From the human T2T-CHM13v2.0 reference genome, Homo sapiens, in NCBI RefSeq assembly GCF_009914755.1, contig NC_060936.1: a stretch of 64,000 nucleotides of DNA, one strand, 5' to 3'. Shown here in pieces: positions 27,201-39,930 of this stretch (positions are counted from its first letter, which is position 1; the number at the start of each line of letters is the position of its first letter). The notes below the pieces were generated by a model. It was given only the letters and a program-made list of their open reading frames with translations, had not been told where the DNA came from and ran no database searches. Both the position numbers and the translations under genes were made by a program.

Positions 27201-27439
27201 CTATGGAGAGGCTAAAATAATATTCATAAAATGTGATGTTTGGCATAAAGATAACAAAGCAGGATGGTAGCTGCTTGCATATATTGTGGGTCATAACTAT
27301 GTAAAATATAAATGGAAAGAACACACATAGAAGTTTTAACAGTGGTGAGATCATGAGTGATTATTTTGCCTTTCCCTTTTTAAAGAATAGCCCACATTTT
27401 CCAAAATTAGCTTATATTATTTTTATAATAATATAAACC

Positions 27440-27663
27440 AGAGGTTAGCAAATTTCTTTCTGCAAAGGGTCATAGAGTAAATATTTTTGGCTTTGCAAGC
27501 CATACAGATTATGTTACAACTACTCGATTCTGCTGCTGCATGGAGAAAGCAACCATGCACAATACATTGTAAACAAATAGGCATGGCTGTGTTCCAATAA
27601 AACTTTAAATAAAAACAAGCAGGAGGTTGGATCTGTCCCATGGGCTATAGTTTGCTGATTCCA
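27440..27663 (-). mobile_element. MER58A
   Basis: Reverse-complement match ('ggctgtgttccaataaaacttt'). Confidence 0.85.
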
Positions 27664-28085
27664 TAAACCTCAATGAGACTTTTGAAAGTTATTCCATGTT
27701 CAGTGACATGGAATAATTGCCCTTTCATTAAGTACTAGCTATCACCCGGGGAAAGTTTTCTTCCTAATCACAGGGAGGTTATGGGTCCTTAGGAAACGGT
27801 CCAGCCCCTGGAAATTGCATTTGACAGGCAGGGTCAGAGACACAAGGCATAGCTGCTCGTGAGGAACAGCATTGCCTCTCTCTCCATCTCTCTGTCTGAG
27901 CTGTCACGCCCTTTCTCTTTGCCTAAGTTATTCCCTATGTCTCTCTGACCCCCTTGTACATCTCCCTCTGCCCCCAACTCCATCAGTTCCAGGAAGAGAA
28001 GGAAAGAAGATAGGGAACCTGAGTGGATTGTAGGGCCAGGGCTGGGAAGCTTGGGAAAGGGGGAAGATGTCTCTGTCTCACTTAC

Positions 28086-28158
28086 ATTGGATTCGAGGTC
28101 ACCGGATGCAGGATGACCTGGGGCGCCCGGGTCGGCGTCTCCGGCACCGGCACCACAT
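28086..28158 (-). CDS. KSR2: KSR2 exon (~exon 12, 73 nt): (D)VVPVPETPTRAPQVILHPVTSNP(I)
   Basis: ttttCAG|AT GTG; donor CCA AT|GTAAGT; phases 1/2; CpG-rich relative to the intron. Confidence 0.94.
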
Positions 28159-28810
28159 CTGAAAACCAGAGATTGAACACTCAGAAAAAAAATGTGAAGT
28201 CCACAACCCCCGCAAAGGCCTGATTCCTGGGCGACATGGCAGCCAATTTTTCACCAGATCTTGGATCTCTGCCCTTGGCCAATCTCCTTTCTCCTTTCCT
28301 GGACCACCTGGACTCTACCTGCTCAGCTGGACCAGGGTTCTGGATGACATCCTCAACAAAATTCCTCATTGTTGAATAGGGGGCTGCCAGAACCCTCAAA
28401 TATCTAGCCTGAAGCATTCATTGGTCATCTCTGAATCTTTCTTTCTCCTGGGTTCCCTTTGGGATGATAAAGCCCCTTGGTTTCACATCCTCTCAGTACC
28501 CAGCTCAGGACCCTATGACCATCTCTTTCCTGCCACATGGCTCTAGACCCCTCCTCACCCTCGCCCAGTGTTCTACAGCACTCCACCCTCTCAGGCCTTT
28601 CCACGGTGCCTTGGGACCTCCTTGGGTCCCACTGTGCCCACTCTTTCTTCTCCACTTCCATGTTCAGCCATTATCCTGGAGTGTGGTGACTCCACTACCC
28701 TCTTTGATCTTAGGCACTCCCACAACATCTGCCTCCATTCATCCCAGAAACTCCTGCAATGCAGCGGGGCTTGTTCAGAAGGGGCTGCTTCCAGCTCACA
28801 TGAAACTCAC

Positions 28811-28852
28811 CTGGGAAGATGAACTGCTGCTTGTATTTGTAGTAGTGGGATG
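28811..28852 (-). CDS. KSR2: KSR2 microexon (~exon 11, 42 nt): (A)SHYYKYKQQFIFP
   Basis: ttttctttcttttgcAAG|CA TCC; donor CCA G|GTGAG; symmetric phase 1/1; contains FxFP. Confidence 0.93.
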
Positions 28853-29280
28853 CTTGCAAAAGAAAGAAAACATCAAAGTGAGTGTCCCCAGGGAGACATC
28901 GCTTCAGGGACCAGATTGAGCTCTTACAGCCACCACATGGTCATTCTCTGCCCACCTTCAAGAGTTTCCATACTTCTGCAGACATCCCTGCAGACAAGGG
29001 ACTGCAAACATGTGTAAAGAAACCAGAACTCTAAACATCCATGCCGACCCTCCCATCTGACATCTCACACTCCCTAAAATCAGACTGCTCCAACTCAAAC
29101 AGACATTCTGACTACAATACCATTTTTGTGAAATGCATAATTACACACACACACACAGAAAAACTCTGCAAAGCCATAATCCAAAATATTAATTTTTTCC
29201 CCTTTTGGCAGAATGATTACAGTGGCTTAAAAAATCCTTTGTGCTTTTTCTGTACTTTCCTAATTTTCTGCAACGAGCAT

Positions 29281-29736
29281 CGTATCAGTTTTCTTTTTTG
29301 TGCCTGTAACAAATTACTACAAACTTAGTAAAACAACACAAATGTATCCTCCTACAGTTCTGGAGGACAAAAGTCTGAAATAAGTCTTACAGGGCTGAAA
29401 TCAAGCTTAGTTCCTTCTGAAGGCTCCAGGAAAATCTATTCCTTGTCTTTTCCGTTGTTTGAGGCTGCCTGCATTTGTTGGCTCATGGCTCCATCACTCC
29501 AACCTCTGCTTCTGTTGTGCCATCTCCTTCTTCTGCCTTTGACCTTCTTGCTTCCCTCTGATAAGGACTTTGTGATTATATTTAGGGACTGCCCAGATAA
29601 GCTAAGATAATCCTCCCATCTCAAGATCCATAACTTAATCATATCTTCAAAGTTCCTACTGTCCTGTAAAGCAGCATCTTCCCAGATTCTGAGATCAAGA
29701 CATGGACATCTTTTGCGAATTATTCTACCTACCACA
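29281..29736 (-). mobile_element. MLT1C/D solo LTR
   Basis: MLT1 motifs; 5-bp TSD agcat. Confidence 0.85.
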
Positions 29737-31745
29737 AGCATGAATTAACCTCTGTATTTAGGAAAAAATTTTATAAAAGAAATTTTCTGGACTTCACTGC
29801 CAGTTCCCTGACAATTCCTTTTACTTCTAATCTACTCGCCAGAGGCCAGGGGTCTCGGACACTTAAAGGTTTCTAACATTAGCACTTACTCCATTGGGGA
29901 ATAGTGCCTGGAATAGGGGGCCAAGCGGTGTTGGGGGCAGGGGACACAGAGATTTGTGTCCTTAAGTAAATGAAGAGGGCAGGGATATAGTCAGATGAGT
30001 CTGTATTGGTGAATCCACTTTCAGAAACAATTTGATGACATTCAGGGACAAGCCACCACTGGAGTTGCTTTATCAAATATTAGCACAGTAGCTCAGAGCC
30101 TAGAGTCTAGAAGCTGATCCTCTAGGGTCAAATCTTTGCTCTGCCCTTGGCTATTTGTAGAAGCTCCAAGTCTCACTGTCCACACGTGTAAAATGAGGAT
30201 AATAACAGTCCCTTCCTCAAAGGGCAAGGACCATCATTACGAGATAAAAGTGTATTGAAGGTGCTGAATTCATATTAGCTGTGAGATAAATAAACACATT
30301 TCTAAGCTCTCTTAACTAATAGACAAGAATGATTTATAGCCACGAGACAATCACATAGTTCCAAGTGCTAATGAAATCTTCTGCTTTGGGGAAGCAGACG
30401 GAACACTCTCCCTGAGGTTGAAATGTATTGATAGTTTCTTTCAGGACAGGGAGTAAGTCCTACTATCTCAGGACCTCAAACTCCTGGTTCTGTGCCTTGC
30501 ACCAGTCAGTGTGCAACACACATTTGTTGAATTAACCAACTCTCTTTATCACAGATGAAACAGCAAAAACCTTGGGCTTAGTCCAATTCCAGATTATATC
30601 AAATAGTTGGAGTCCATTTTTGATTCTGGAAAATGGGATGTCCAGGGCAAGAAGCAGCTTATTCAAGGTCACAGAGCAAAGCTTTAAAAGAAAATCACCC
30701 TCCATGACTTCAGGGACTGTTTTACTATTAGATAACAGAAGTTTTTTATTACATACAACTACTTTATTAGTCAACAAGGGGCTAAAATTAAAACAGGAAA
30801 GACGACCCGAGGCTCTCAAGAGACTTGGCTGATCTTTTCCCTCCACAGCTCTGACAGTGATGGGGGATTCAGTGTCTGCAGAAAAGGTTCACTGACAGCT
30901 ATGTTCTTTTTGGGCAACGGAGAGCAGGAGCTGCTTCAGAGAGTCCGAGAAGGGACAGGTGTCAGGCAACAGGACACCAGCAAATGCCTCCACACCCGAA
31001 GCCAACGCCCTCCTTGACTCCTCCCCATGTGCCATGGAACAACTCGTTCCTGGTGACTGAAAGGGAAACATATGACCAGCAGAGGAAGAAAGACATTGTT
31101 GGGAGACCTGTTCTTCCTGCTGATGACAGACACCATCAAGAAGTGGCTCTAAAGAACAACTGGTGACCTTGAGTGGGCTGCTCAGGAGAGCAGAGTGGCT
31201 CCGGGCTTTCTGGCATCCAAGATGACTCAGGACCTGGGAGGCTGCAGATGAAGTCAAAGAGACAAGCAGGCCACTCTGAAGCAGCTTCCCCTCTGGAGCC
31301 CCCATGCCTACCCTGAGGCCTCCCAAGAGAGCAGCCAGAGTGGTCTTCTAGAAGGAAGGAAGAAAGGTCAAGTCATTCTCTGCCTAAACCTTTCAACTGC
31401 ATCCCATGGAGTCTCACATAAAATCTAAAATCCTGCCAGGACCAGACCCTGTAGCTCTGAGTCTCTCTGGAGGCCACTTTCCCTTGTTTATGGCACTTGG
31501 GCCCCTTCTTGTGGCTGGGCCTTTGCCTTACTTCCCCCACCTGCAAAACTCAGCCATCCAGTGACCCTCCAACCTAAATCTGTTCTCTTGCATTTGCTCA
31601 AGGACTCTTAGCCATCTTAGCTAAGAGCAAAGGCTCTTAGCCATCACAGCCTTCATCACAATCTATAATCCTATTTTCATGCATATGTTTATTTGGTTAA
31701 TACCTTTTTTTCTCACTAAGCTATACTTTTCATGAGAACTGGGGC

Positions 31746-32224
31746 TGTTGTCGGCAGAATAATGCCTGCCCCTGCCGCTACAACATGTCCAGGTCCTAAT
31801 CCCTGGAAACTGTGAATCCATTTCATTACATGGCACAAGGGACTCTTTGGATGAGATTACTTAAGGATCTTGAGGTGGGGAGATTATCCTAGATCATCTG
31901 GCTGGGCTCAATGTCACCACAAGGGTCCTCAGAAGAGGAAGGCAGGGTCAGAGAAGGAGATGTGATCATGCAAGCAGAGGCCAGAATGAGGAGGGGCGAC
32001 AAGCAAAGTTATGTGGGCAGCCCCTAGATGCTGGCAAAAGGCAAGGAGATGGATTCTCCCTGAGACCTTCCAGAACAAACCAGCCCTATTGACATCTTGG
32101 TTTTTAGCCCAATGAAGCCCGTTTTGGACATCTGGCCTCTAGAACCATAAGATAATAAACCTGTGTGCTTTTAAGCCACGAAGTATGTGGTCATTTGTTA
32201 CAATAACAATAGGAAGTGAATCCA
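31746..32224 (+). mobile_element. MLT1D-like solo LTR inserted into an L2 fragment (~31320-32330)
   Basis: TG...CA ends; 5-bp TSD ggggc. Confidence 0.85.
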
Positions 32225-32748
32225 GGGGCCATGTCTGGTTTGTTCCCTGGTCCAAACCTAGTGCCTAGTACAGTAGCTGGTACACAGTAGATGCGTAATA
32301 AATACTGTTAACAAAATGAATGGATGAACACAGTCTGAGGGCCAAGAAGAAAATTTGAAGAGAAAAAACTGCAGCCCTGGGCAGTGCATGAAATTCAGGT
32401 CATTCATTCATTCAACAAACATGTAATGAGTGCCTTCAGTTGCAGGCAACATGTTGGTCTTTGAATGTGGAGTGGTGAATGAAGACACATTGCCTAGTCT
32501 CATGCAGCTGGCATTCTGATGGAGGAGACAGACACTTAACAAGTGAGTATGTAAACCAGATCATGGCACAGAGTGATGAGCATAAAAGAGGCACTCAGGA
32601 GAGACTGATGGAAAGGGAAAGGGAGGAAACACTCTCACGAGCCCACATGGCCCAAGTGAGGTCTCAGAAATCCTGCAAATTCCACCAAAGGCAGATTCCA
32701 CCTCCTTTCTTCTCCCTTTGAGCCATTAGAATTCACCATTTCCTGGAG

Positions 32749-32750
<2 letters not shown>

Positions 32751-32790
<40 letters not shown>
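32751..32790. repeat. (GT)20 microsatellite
   Basis: Direct inspection. Confidence 0.97.
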
Positions 32791-32792
<2 letters not shown>

Positions 32793-34071
32793 CAAGATGG
32801 CTCTAGGTGGCTCCAAAGACAGAAGGTATTTGGCTCCAAAGAAAGAAGGTATTTGAACACTCCAGCCTCAGAAACCCATAAGACAATCATTTTCGAAGCC
32901 TCTTCATCTGTCTTGCCATGATGGATGCTACCACAACTCTGCTCATCAGTAGCAGTGAACTAGCCCCATGTTACTGATGAGAAACAGACCTAAACAGAAG
33001 CAATACCATGCTCAAAATCACACAGCTAGCAAGGAGCAAAGCTGGGATCCAACTCCAGGTCTGTCTGTCCATGCAGCACTCTTGATGTCACCTTATACTG
33101 AGCCATGTCCACATGGCCCCAGGACTCAGGGAAAGGCTGATAACAGGAGGTCCACCCAACTGGCAGCACACAGTCACAAATACCACCGAGGCTGCACACG
33201 CCATTCTTGGGGTTCTTATATCCTTTTCACCACATGTCCTGAGATTAACAGATGAGTTAAATGGCTGGTCAACCCCCCCAGCCCCTTTTGGACAAGAATG
33301 TTCTAGATGAATCAGTGCTGGGGACATTGTTATGCCTAAGCTTTAGCTTAAATAGCCTTCAGAAAACTCAACATCTGGCAGGGACCCACAGGCAAAGCTC
33401 CATTTTTCATCAACAGAAGCTCCCAGTCAAGAGTGGGACAGCTAGCCAGATCTTTGTACAAACACGACAGGTACTCTTGACCCTGGGAGTGTTTTGCTAA
33501 AACCACCTAAGACACAGGGTAGGCCCAACTGTACTTCCAAAAGGTTCTGTTTTGTTTTCCATTTCAGCACTGAATTTTATTATTATTCGATTCTAAAATG
33601 GATGCACACTCATATATATCGTAGAAGTGCATGAGATAAAGTCCCTGTCCTCAACAGCTGCCATGAAGTTCTTCCAGACTTTACTGCACACATGCCAACA
33701 CATATATGCACACTGGTACACAGACATATATATATGTAAATATTTTACAATAAATAGAATATTATACTGATGACTTTGCAAATCACTTATTTTCTACTTA
33801 AGAAACATTATGGATATCTTTCCATGTCAGGAAATCTATATAGAGTACTACATTCCTTTGAAAGTTTGCAGAATATTTGGTTATACGGATATACGTGTGT
33901 ATTCAACCATTCACCACCTACTCTTGATGGGCATTTGGGTTAATTTCAGTTTTCACTGTTACAGTGAAGTCCTTACACACAGATCTTTGCACCCTAGTGC
34001 AAGCGTTTCTGTATATAAAGTCCTAGAAGTGATATAATGGTCAAAGGAATGCACATTTAAAACTTTAACAG

Positions 34072-34419
<348 letters not shown>

Positions 34420-35736
34420 TCAGTTCATACTCCTATGTCAAGGTATATGGGGATTTCATCTTTCATTCTACAATTCTGTCTAGGTCCTCATATTAATTAG
34501 CAGTGATGATGAGAAATGCAAATAAAGATAGCCACTGTACTTTATTATTATTGTATTTAATAATAATCCAAGGAGCCCAGATTTGTTGAGGTCTTCAATG
34601 AAACTGTCACCCTGTTAAGCTTTGTCCATGTATTATGCCATTTCTTTCTAAAACAATTATCTAAGGTGGGTACTATTATGATCTCCATTTTATAGATGAG
34701 AACACTGAGGCCCAGAGAGGCGAGTTATTTGTCCAGCATCACACAGACATTAAGTGGTAAAGCTGAGATTTGAACCTAAGCAGCTTGGCTGCAGAACCCA
34801 TACTCTAACTGCCATGCTGAAGTGCTTTTACCCAAAGGACCCCTTAGCCCAGTCCCCAAAGAGGGCCAGGACCTTGTCATGGCCTGTCATGGAGCAGATG
34901 GGGATAAGGTGGCACGCTAGAACAGCAAATTGTCAGGCACCCCTTCTTGAAGACTCTGGCTGAGGGAAGGAAGGAGCTAAGGGACACCCTGATTACTCCT
35001 GGCTAGGCAGGTCTCTTGTCTGAAGATGCCAGCAGATTCTTTAAGGGATGAAAAGAGCTGTGGTCCTTTTGTGCACAGTTCTCCCATAAAACGGCCCTTC
35101 CCCATCCCTTGGTCCATAAACAAGTGCCAAACAATTTCAGAGAAAATACTCCTGAAGTCAGTGTCTCCAGGGAGTGAAGTGGCTATTGGAAAGCATCGGG
35201 CCCACTTCCCCCAGGTGTGGGTGGTCATGGGAAGTCTAACGGTCTTTTTTTTCCCTTCATCCCCTTCTGAAGAAGTAAAAATGAACAACCCTGGAGATGG
35301 CGGTGGGAGCCTTCTGTCTGTGGAAGTGCCGGGCAATGAATCGGTGGCATTTACTAAGACGATTCAGCTGGTGACTCACATTGCAGTCCTTGGTGGCTGC
35401 CAGATGAGTGGCCCCTACACTAGGTGGATATGAGGCTGTTAAATTCAGACTTGAACTTAACAAAAAACCCAAAGTTCCAAGAATTCAAAATATGTGCCAT
35501 CTCTGTGGATATAACCCAAATCAAAACAGTGTGGGCAGGTGCTGTGATTGGCTTGTCCTCAGATGGATGGATGGTTGCATGTGGGTGCCGCCCAGGTGTG
35601 GGGTGGGGCCTCTGTTTGCCTCCTGGCCACTCACTCATGCCTGGTTAAGCTTAGAGGTGTGAACTGTGGCCAAGGACCTGGGATTTTTTTCATAGTGTGA
35701 AGCTTGTTGACTCAGGAGGAAATCAGGTGCTAGACC

Positions 35737-35943
35737 AGAGCATCCAATGGAACTTTCAGTGATGATGGAAATGTTCTACACCTGAGCCATTCAGTACGGC
35801 AGCCACCAGCCACATGTGGCTACTGAGCCCTTGCAATGTGGCTAGTGTAACCGATAAGCTAATTTTTAAATTATATTTAATTTTAATTTATTTAAATGTA
35901 AATAGCCACACATGGCTAGCAGATACCATGTTGAACAAAACAG
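35737..35943 (+). mobile_element. MER3 (hAT-Charlie)
   Basis: 'gaactttcagtgatgatggaaatgttcta...agccacatgtggctactgagc'. Confidence 0.85.
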
Positions 35944-36858
35944 ATGTAGACTCTGGTTCCAACTGGCCATGCCAGTCCCACCAGCCTTCTTGTTGAAGCC
36001 AGCTGCAGTGCCATAAATATGGCTGAGTTGGAAGCATTCTTAGGGCCCTAGCAGAGGAACCGGGCCAGGCTGGACCCTGGAAGAGATGGGGAGATTCTTA
36101 GGTCTCGTCTACCTGAAGGAAAAAAAAATCCCATTCTTAGGTCTAATGACAAAGGAGGTCAGGAAACCACAGTGTCCCATGAGTGGCTTCTCTACTATCA
36201 TCTCATAGCCCAGTGCATACTCTCTGGTCAACAGTCCAGGTACCTTGGAATTCCTGAGCTAGAGGAACCTTCCAGATTATCTTGTCCAACTACATCTTTT
36301 CAGAGGTGAGACACAGCAAGAATGCAATAGACCTGGATCTTGACTCCAGGAGTCCAGACTGCTCAGTGACAGCCCTGTCCTCACATCTGGGTTAAGACTC
36401 AGTATGCAGCCCTGCTCAGACATGTGCCCCTAAGATCTCCAGCACAGGATCTCACTGCCAATTTTAACCAATTTAGCTCATAAGACAACTGTCATCTCCA
36501 GAGCCAATGGCTCCCTTCTGTGACTTAGACTTAGGCGAAGACCCTGGGTTGTAGCTCGCCAAAAGACAGAGTCTCTAAGAGTTCCTGCACCTCTTTGAGC
36601 CTCTGTTTCTTCATCTGTAAAATGAGCTGATAATGCTTACCTTGTGGCTGTTCCAAAGATTAAATAAGTGATATAAGGGTAATTGCTTAGGGTACGATAA
36701 GGGTCAGTCCACATACTTCCTTGCCCCTCTCTGGTCATTGACCCATTCGCTTTCCTGCAGAGACTTGCTGCATCAGGGCTCTGGCATGAACCCACCCCCT
36801 CCCTAATCTCTGCCCCTCCAACGCTGCACCCCTCATGTCTCCCCAAGCATGGAGGTAC

Positions 36859-37027
36859 CTGGCAGGTTGAAGTTCTTCTGCTGCCGTGTGCACTGTGGGG
36901 AAGGGTGTAGGGGAGAAGGCGGCGTGGCACTAGGAGGGAGGGGGGGTGCTGGCGAGGAGGGCGTGGAGGACGTCGTGGAGGAGGGGTTGCTGCTGGAGTC
37001 TGGCTGGTAAGGGACAGGGATGTGGTC
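36859..37027 (-). CDS. KSR2: KSR2 exon (~exon 10, 169 nt): DHIPVPYQPDSSSNPSSTTSSTPSSPAPPLPPSATPPSPLHPSPQCTRQQKNFNLP, S/T/P-rich CA4 region
   Basis: tttctctctgCAG|GAC CAC; donor CCA G|GTACC; phases 0/1; KSR-family DSSSNPSSTTSSTPSSPAP motif. Confidence 0.95.
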
Positions 37028-37581
37028 CTGCAGAGAGAAAACAGGGTAGGAGTCAGGGACAGGCAGGGAAGCAGAAACACAGCAGAAAGAGTGGGCTGAG
37101 CAGGAGAGGCCCCCACCCCAGCCCCTGCAACAATTCTTGCCCTTTCCTCAGCCACCAGATCCTTCCGAAGTCCCTCCCGCTTCATCAGCCCCATTGGGCT
37201 GCATCCAGCTGTGGAAGGAACAGCCTCTGGAGTCGAATTCCTGTCCACTGCTTGGACCCCAGAGTGAAAGGTGACCACGTAATGAAAACCAAACAGGTGA
37301 CAGTCACTCACCCTGTGCCTCTTTGATTCTGAAAAACCCCATGCAGAGGTGTCCAGAGTACCCCTCCCATCCCAACACCTCTCCTCCCAAGTGTTTATTA
37401 AAGAATCAACAGTCTGACAGCTCCAGAGAGAATGTGAGAGTGAGCCTTCAGCATCTTAGCTTGGGTCACAGCTGGAACCAGCACTGCCTCTCCTCACCCC
37501 AGACCAGCTCAAAAACAAGGAGAGAGAGAGAATCCATGTGTGCATTTTCGGAATGGCCTGCTGGGGTGGACTTCCAAGCAC

Positions 37582-38058
37582 AGTAGTGGGTTGAACAGTG
37601 TCCCCCAAAAGACGTCCACCCAGGACCTCTGAATCTGATCATATTTAAAATAAGGGTCTTTGCAGACATAATTTAAGGTAAGGATCCCGAGATGAGATCA
37701 TCGTGGATTCGGGTGAGTCCTAAATCCAATGACAAATATCCTAAATCCAATGACAAATATCCAAATCATCCTGGATTCGGGTGAGTCCTAAATCCAATGA
37801 CAGACATATGGAGAGGAAAGTCATGTGAAGATGGAGGGAGAGATTGGAGTGATGCAGACACAAGCCAAGGACTGCCGGAGCCACCAGAGACTGGGAGAGA
37901 GGCATGGAACAGATTGTCCTTCAGAGCCTCTAGAAGGCAACCTTGCTGGCATCTTGACATTGAATTTCTGGCCTCTAGAACTGTGTGAGAATAAATTTCT
38001 GTTGTTTTAGCCACCCAGTTTATGCTCTTTTGTTACAGCAGCACCAGGAAATTAGTAT
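37582..38058 (+). mobile_element. MLT1B/C solo LTR with an internal duplication
   Basis: MLT1 motifs ('aataagggtctttgcaga', 'ctagaactgtgtgagaataaatttctgttgtttt'). Confidence 0.85.
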
Positions 38059-38219
38059 CAGCAGGAACCGGAGTCAGGAAAACCTGGACTCAAATTCCAC
38101 AGCCACCTCTTTTCTGTACATCCTGGGCAAAATGCCCAACCTTTCCATTCCTCGGTTTTGTCCTCTGTAAAATGGGAGTAATGATAGCATCAAGTGCACA
38201 GGGCTGCATGAAGATTAAA

Positions 38220-38503
38220 TGATGTGGAGGAATGGGAGGCAGGGAGGCAGGCAGGGGGGAACAGTAGCTGATGTGGAGGAATGGGAGGCAGGGAGGCAGG
38301 TAGGGAGGAACAGTAGCTGATGTGGAGGAATGGTAGGCAGGGAGGAACAGTAGCTGATGTGGAGGCATGGGAGGCAGGGAGGCAGGCAGGGGGGAACAGT
38401 AGCTGATGTGGAGGAATGGGAGGCAGGGAGGCAGGTAGGGAGGAACAGTAGCTGATGTGGAGGCATGGGAGGGAGGGAGGCAGGCAGGGAGGAACAGTAG
38501 CTG
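38220..38503. repeat. G-rich minisatellite, about 6 x 49 bp (one 37-bp unit)
   Basis: Unit tgatgtggaggaatgggaggcagggaggcaggcaggggggaacagtagc. Confidence 0.95.
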
Positions 38504-39004
38504 TATGCATTTGCAGGCATGTTCTCCTGGAAAGGGATAGATTGGTGCTGCCTGAAGCTTGAAAAGCTTTTCACCTCTTTGGGACTTTTTGCTTTCACCA
38601 GATGGCAAGAGATGAGCAAAAGCAGCAAACCTCCACATGATATAAAAGGGATTCCTACCTCTCAAAGCCAGCAGAGCTAAGTGTTCCCAGGGGAGCCTTC
38701 ATCTGTTCACCCACAGGACAGTGGTCACTTGATCCCTCCATTACTCAGAGGTCCACTACTCATATGGACCGGGTACCCAAAGATGGTATAGTGTGGTCAA
38801 CAGGTATGCTTATCTGCCAACTCCAAGAGTAGGTGTGGCGAACACCCAATAGCAAAGGAGGTCAAGGGCAGAGGGGAAATGGACATTCTCTGTCTAGATG
38901 CTTACTGGGTGTCCAGCCAGGTTGTACATTTCACCTTCCCAAAGCCCACTCCACTGCCACTAGATCCACACTGCTTCTGGGTCAGTGAGTCTCTCCTTAT
39001 CCTT

Positions 39005-39331
39005 TTTTTAAATTTTATTTTTATTTATTTATTTTTGTTTTTTGAGATGAGATCTCATTCTGCGGCCTGGGCTGGAGGGTAATGGCACAATCACGGCTCA
39101 CTGTAGCCTCAGCCTCCTGGGTTCAAGCGATCCTCTCACCTGAGCATCCTGAGTAGCTGGGACCACAAGCATGCACCACCATGCCCAGCTTTAAAACACT
39201 TTTTTTGGTAGACACAGGGTCCCACTATGTTGCCCAGGCTGGTTTCAAACTCTTGGGCTCATGCGATCTGATCCTCCCCCCTCAGCCTCCCAAAGTGCTA
39301 GGATTACAGGTGTGGGTCAATGCGGTCGGCC
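39005..39331 (-). mobile_element. AluJ
   Basis: Reversed dimer; TSD tccttatcctt. Confidence 0.93.
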
Positions 39332-39804
39332 TCCTTATCCTTAACATGGGCTAAGAACATCCACCTTGTAGGTCTGTTGTGAAGTTTAAATGAGTTATGT
39401 AGGTACCCACCTCCTTCGTATTGAGTAGAGGTGCTTTGTCATCAATAAATGGTAGTAGCTATTATGTTAATTATAGTATATTTCTATAATTAAACTTTTT
39501 ATTTTGAGATCATTGTGGATTCACATGTAGTTGTAAGAAGAGAGAGATCTTATGTTTCCCTTACTCAGTTTTCTCTCTGATAACATCTTATGAAACTCTA
39601 GTACAATATCACAGCCCAGATACTGAACTGATACAGTCAAGATACAGAACAGACCCATCAAAACGAAGATCCCTCATGTTGCCCGTTTATAGCCATACCC
39701 ATTTCCTGTTCTCTCCTCACCATCCTCCCCCCATATTTAACCCCTGGCACTTCTAATCTATTCTCCATATCTGTCCAGTATAATAAACACTAGCTGTATG
39801 TGGG

Positions 39805-39930
39805 TTTTTTTGAGATAGAGTCTTGCTACATTACCCAGGCTGGTCTCAAACTCCTGGACTCAAGCAATCCCATTGCCTCAACCTCAATCCCAAGTAGCTG
39901 GGATTAGAGATGTGTACCCTGGTGCCCAGT
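39805..39930 (-). mobile_element. FLAM / Alu monomer
   Basis: Single ~125-bp Alu arm with a T tail. Confidence 0.8.

Noticed and set aside
32808-32855. 23-bp tandem duplication
   Set aside because: Ordinary slippage event with no evident consequence.
36637-37311. 224-aa Pro-rich ORF overlapping exon 10
   Set aside because: It is an alternative frame across C-rich, stop-poor sequence. The KSR2 frame is different, and nothing supports dual coding.
38220-38503. CRISPR-like array
   Set aside because: Tandem units without unique spacers, in eukaryotic DNA with no cas genes.
38595-38610. CTCF-like motifs (TCACCAGATGGCAA; also ~54427)
   Set aside because: Mismatches at informative positions; such matches are common by chance.
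38090-38665. Repetitive Pro-rich ORFs
   Set aside because: Translation of the minisatellite.
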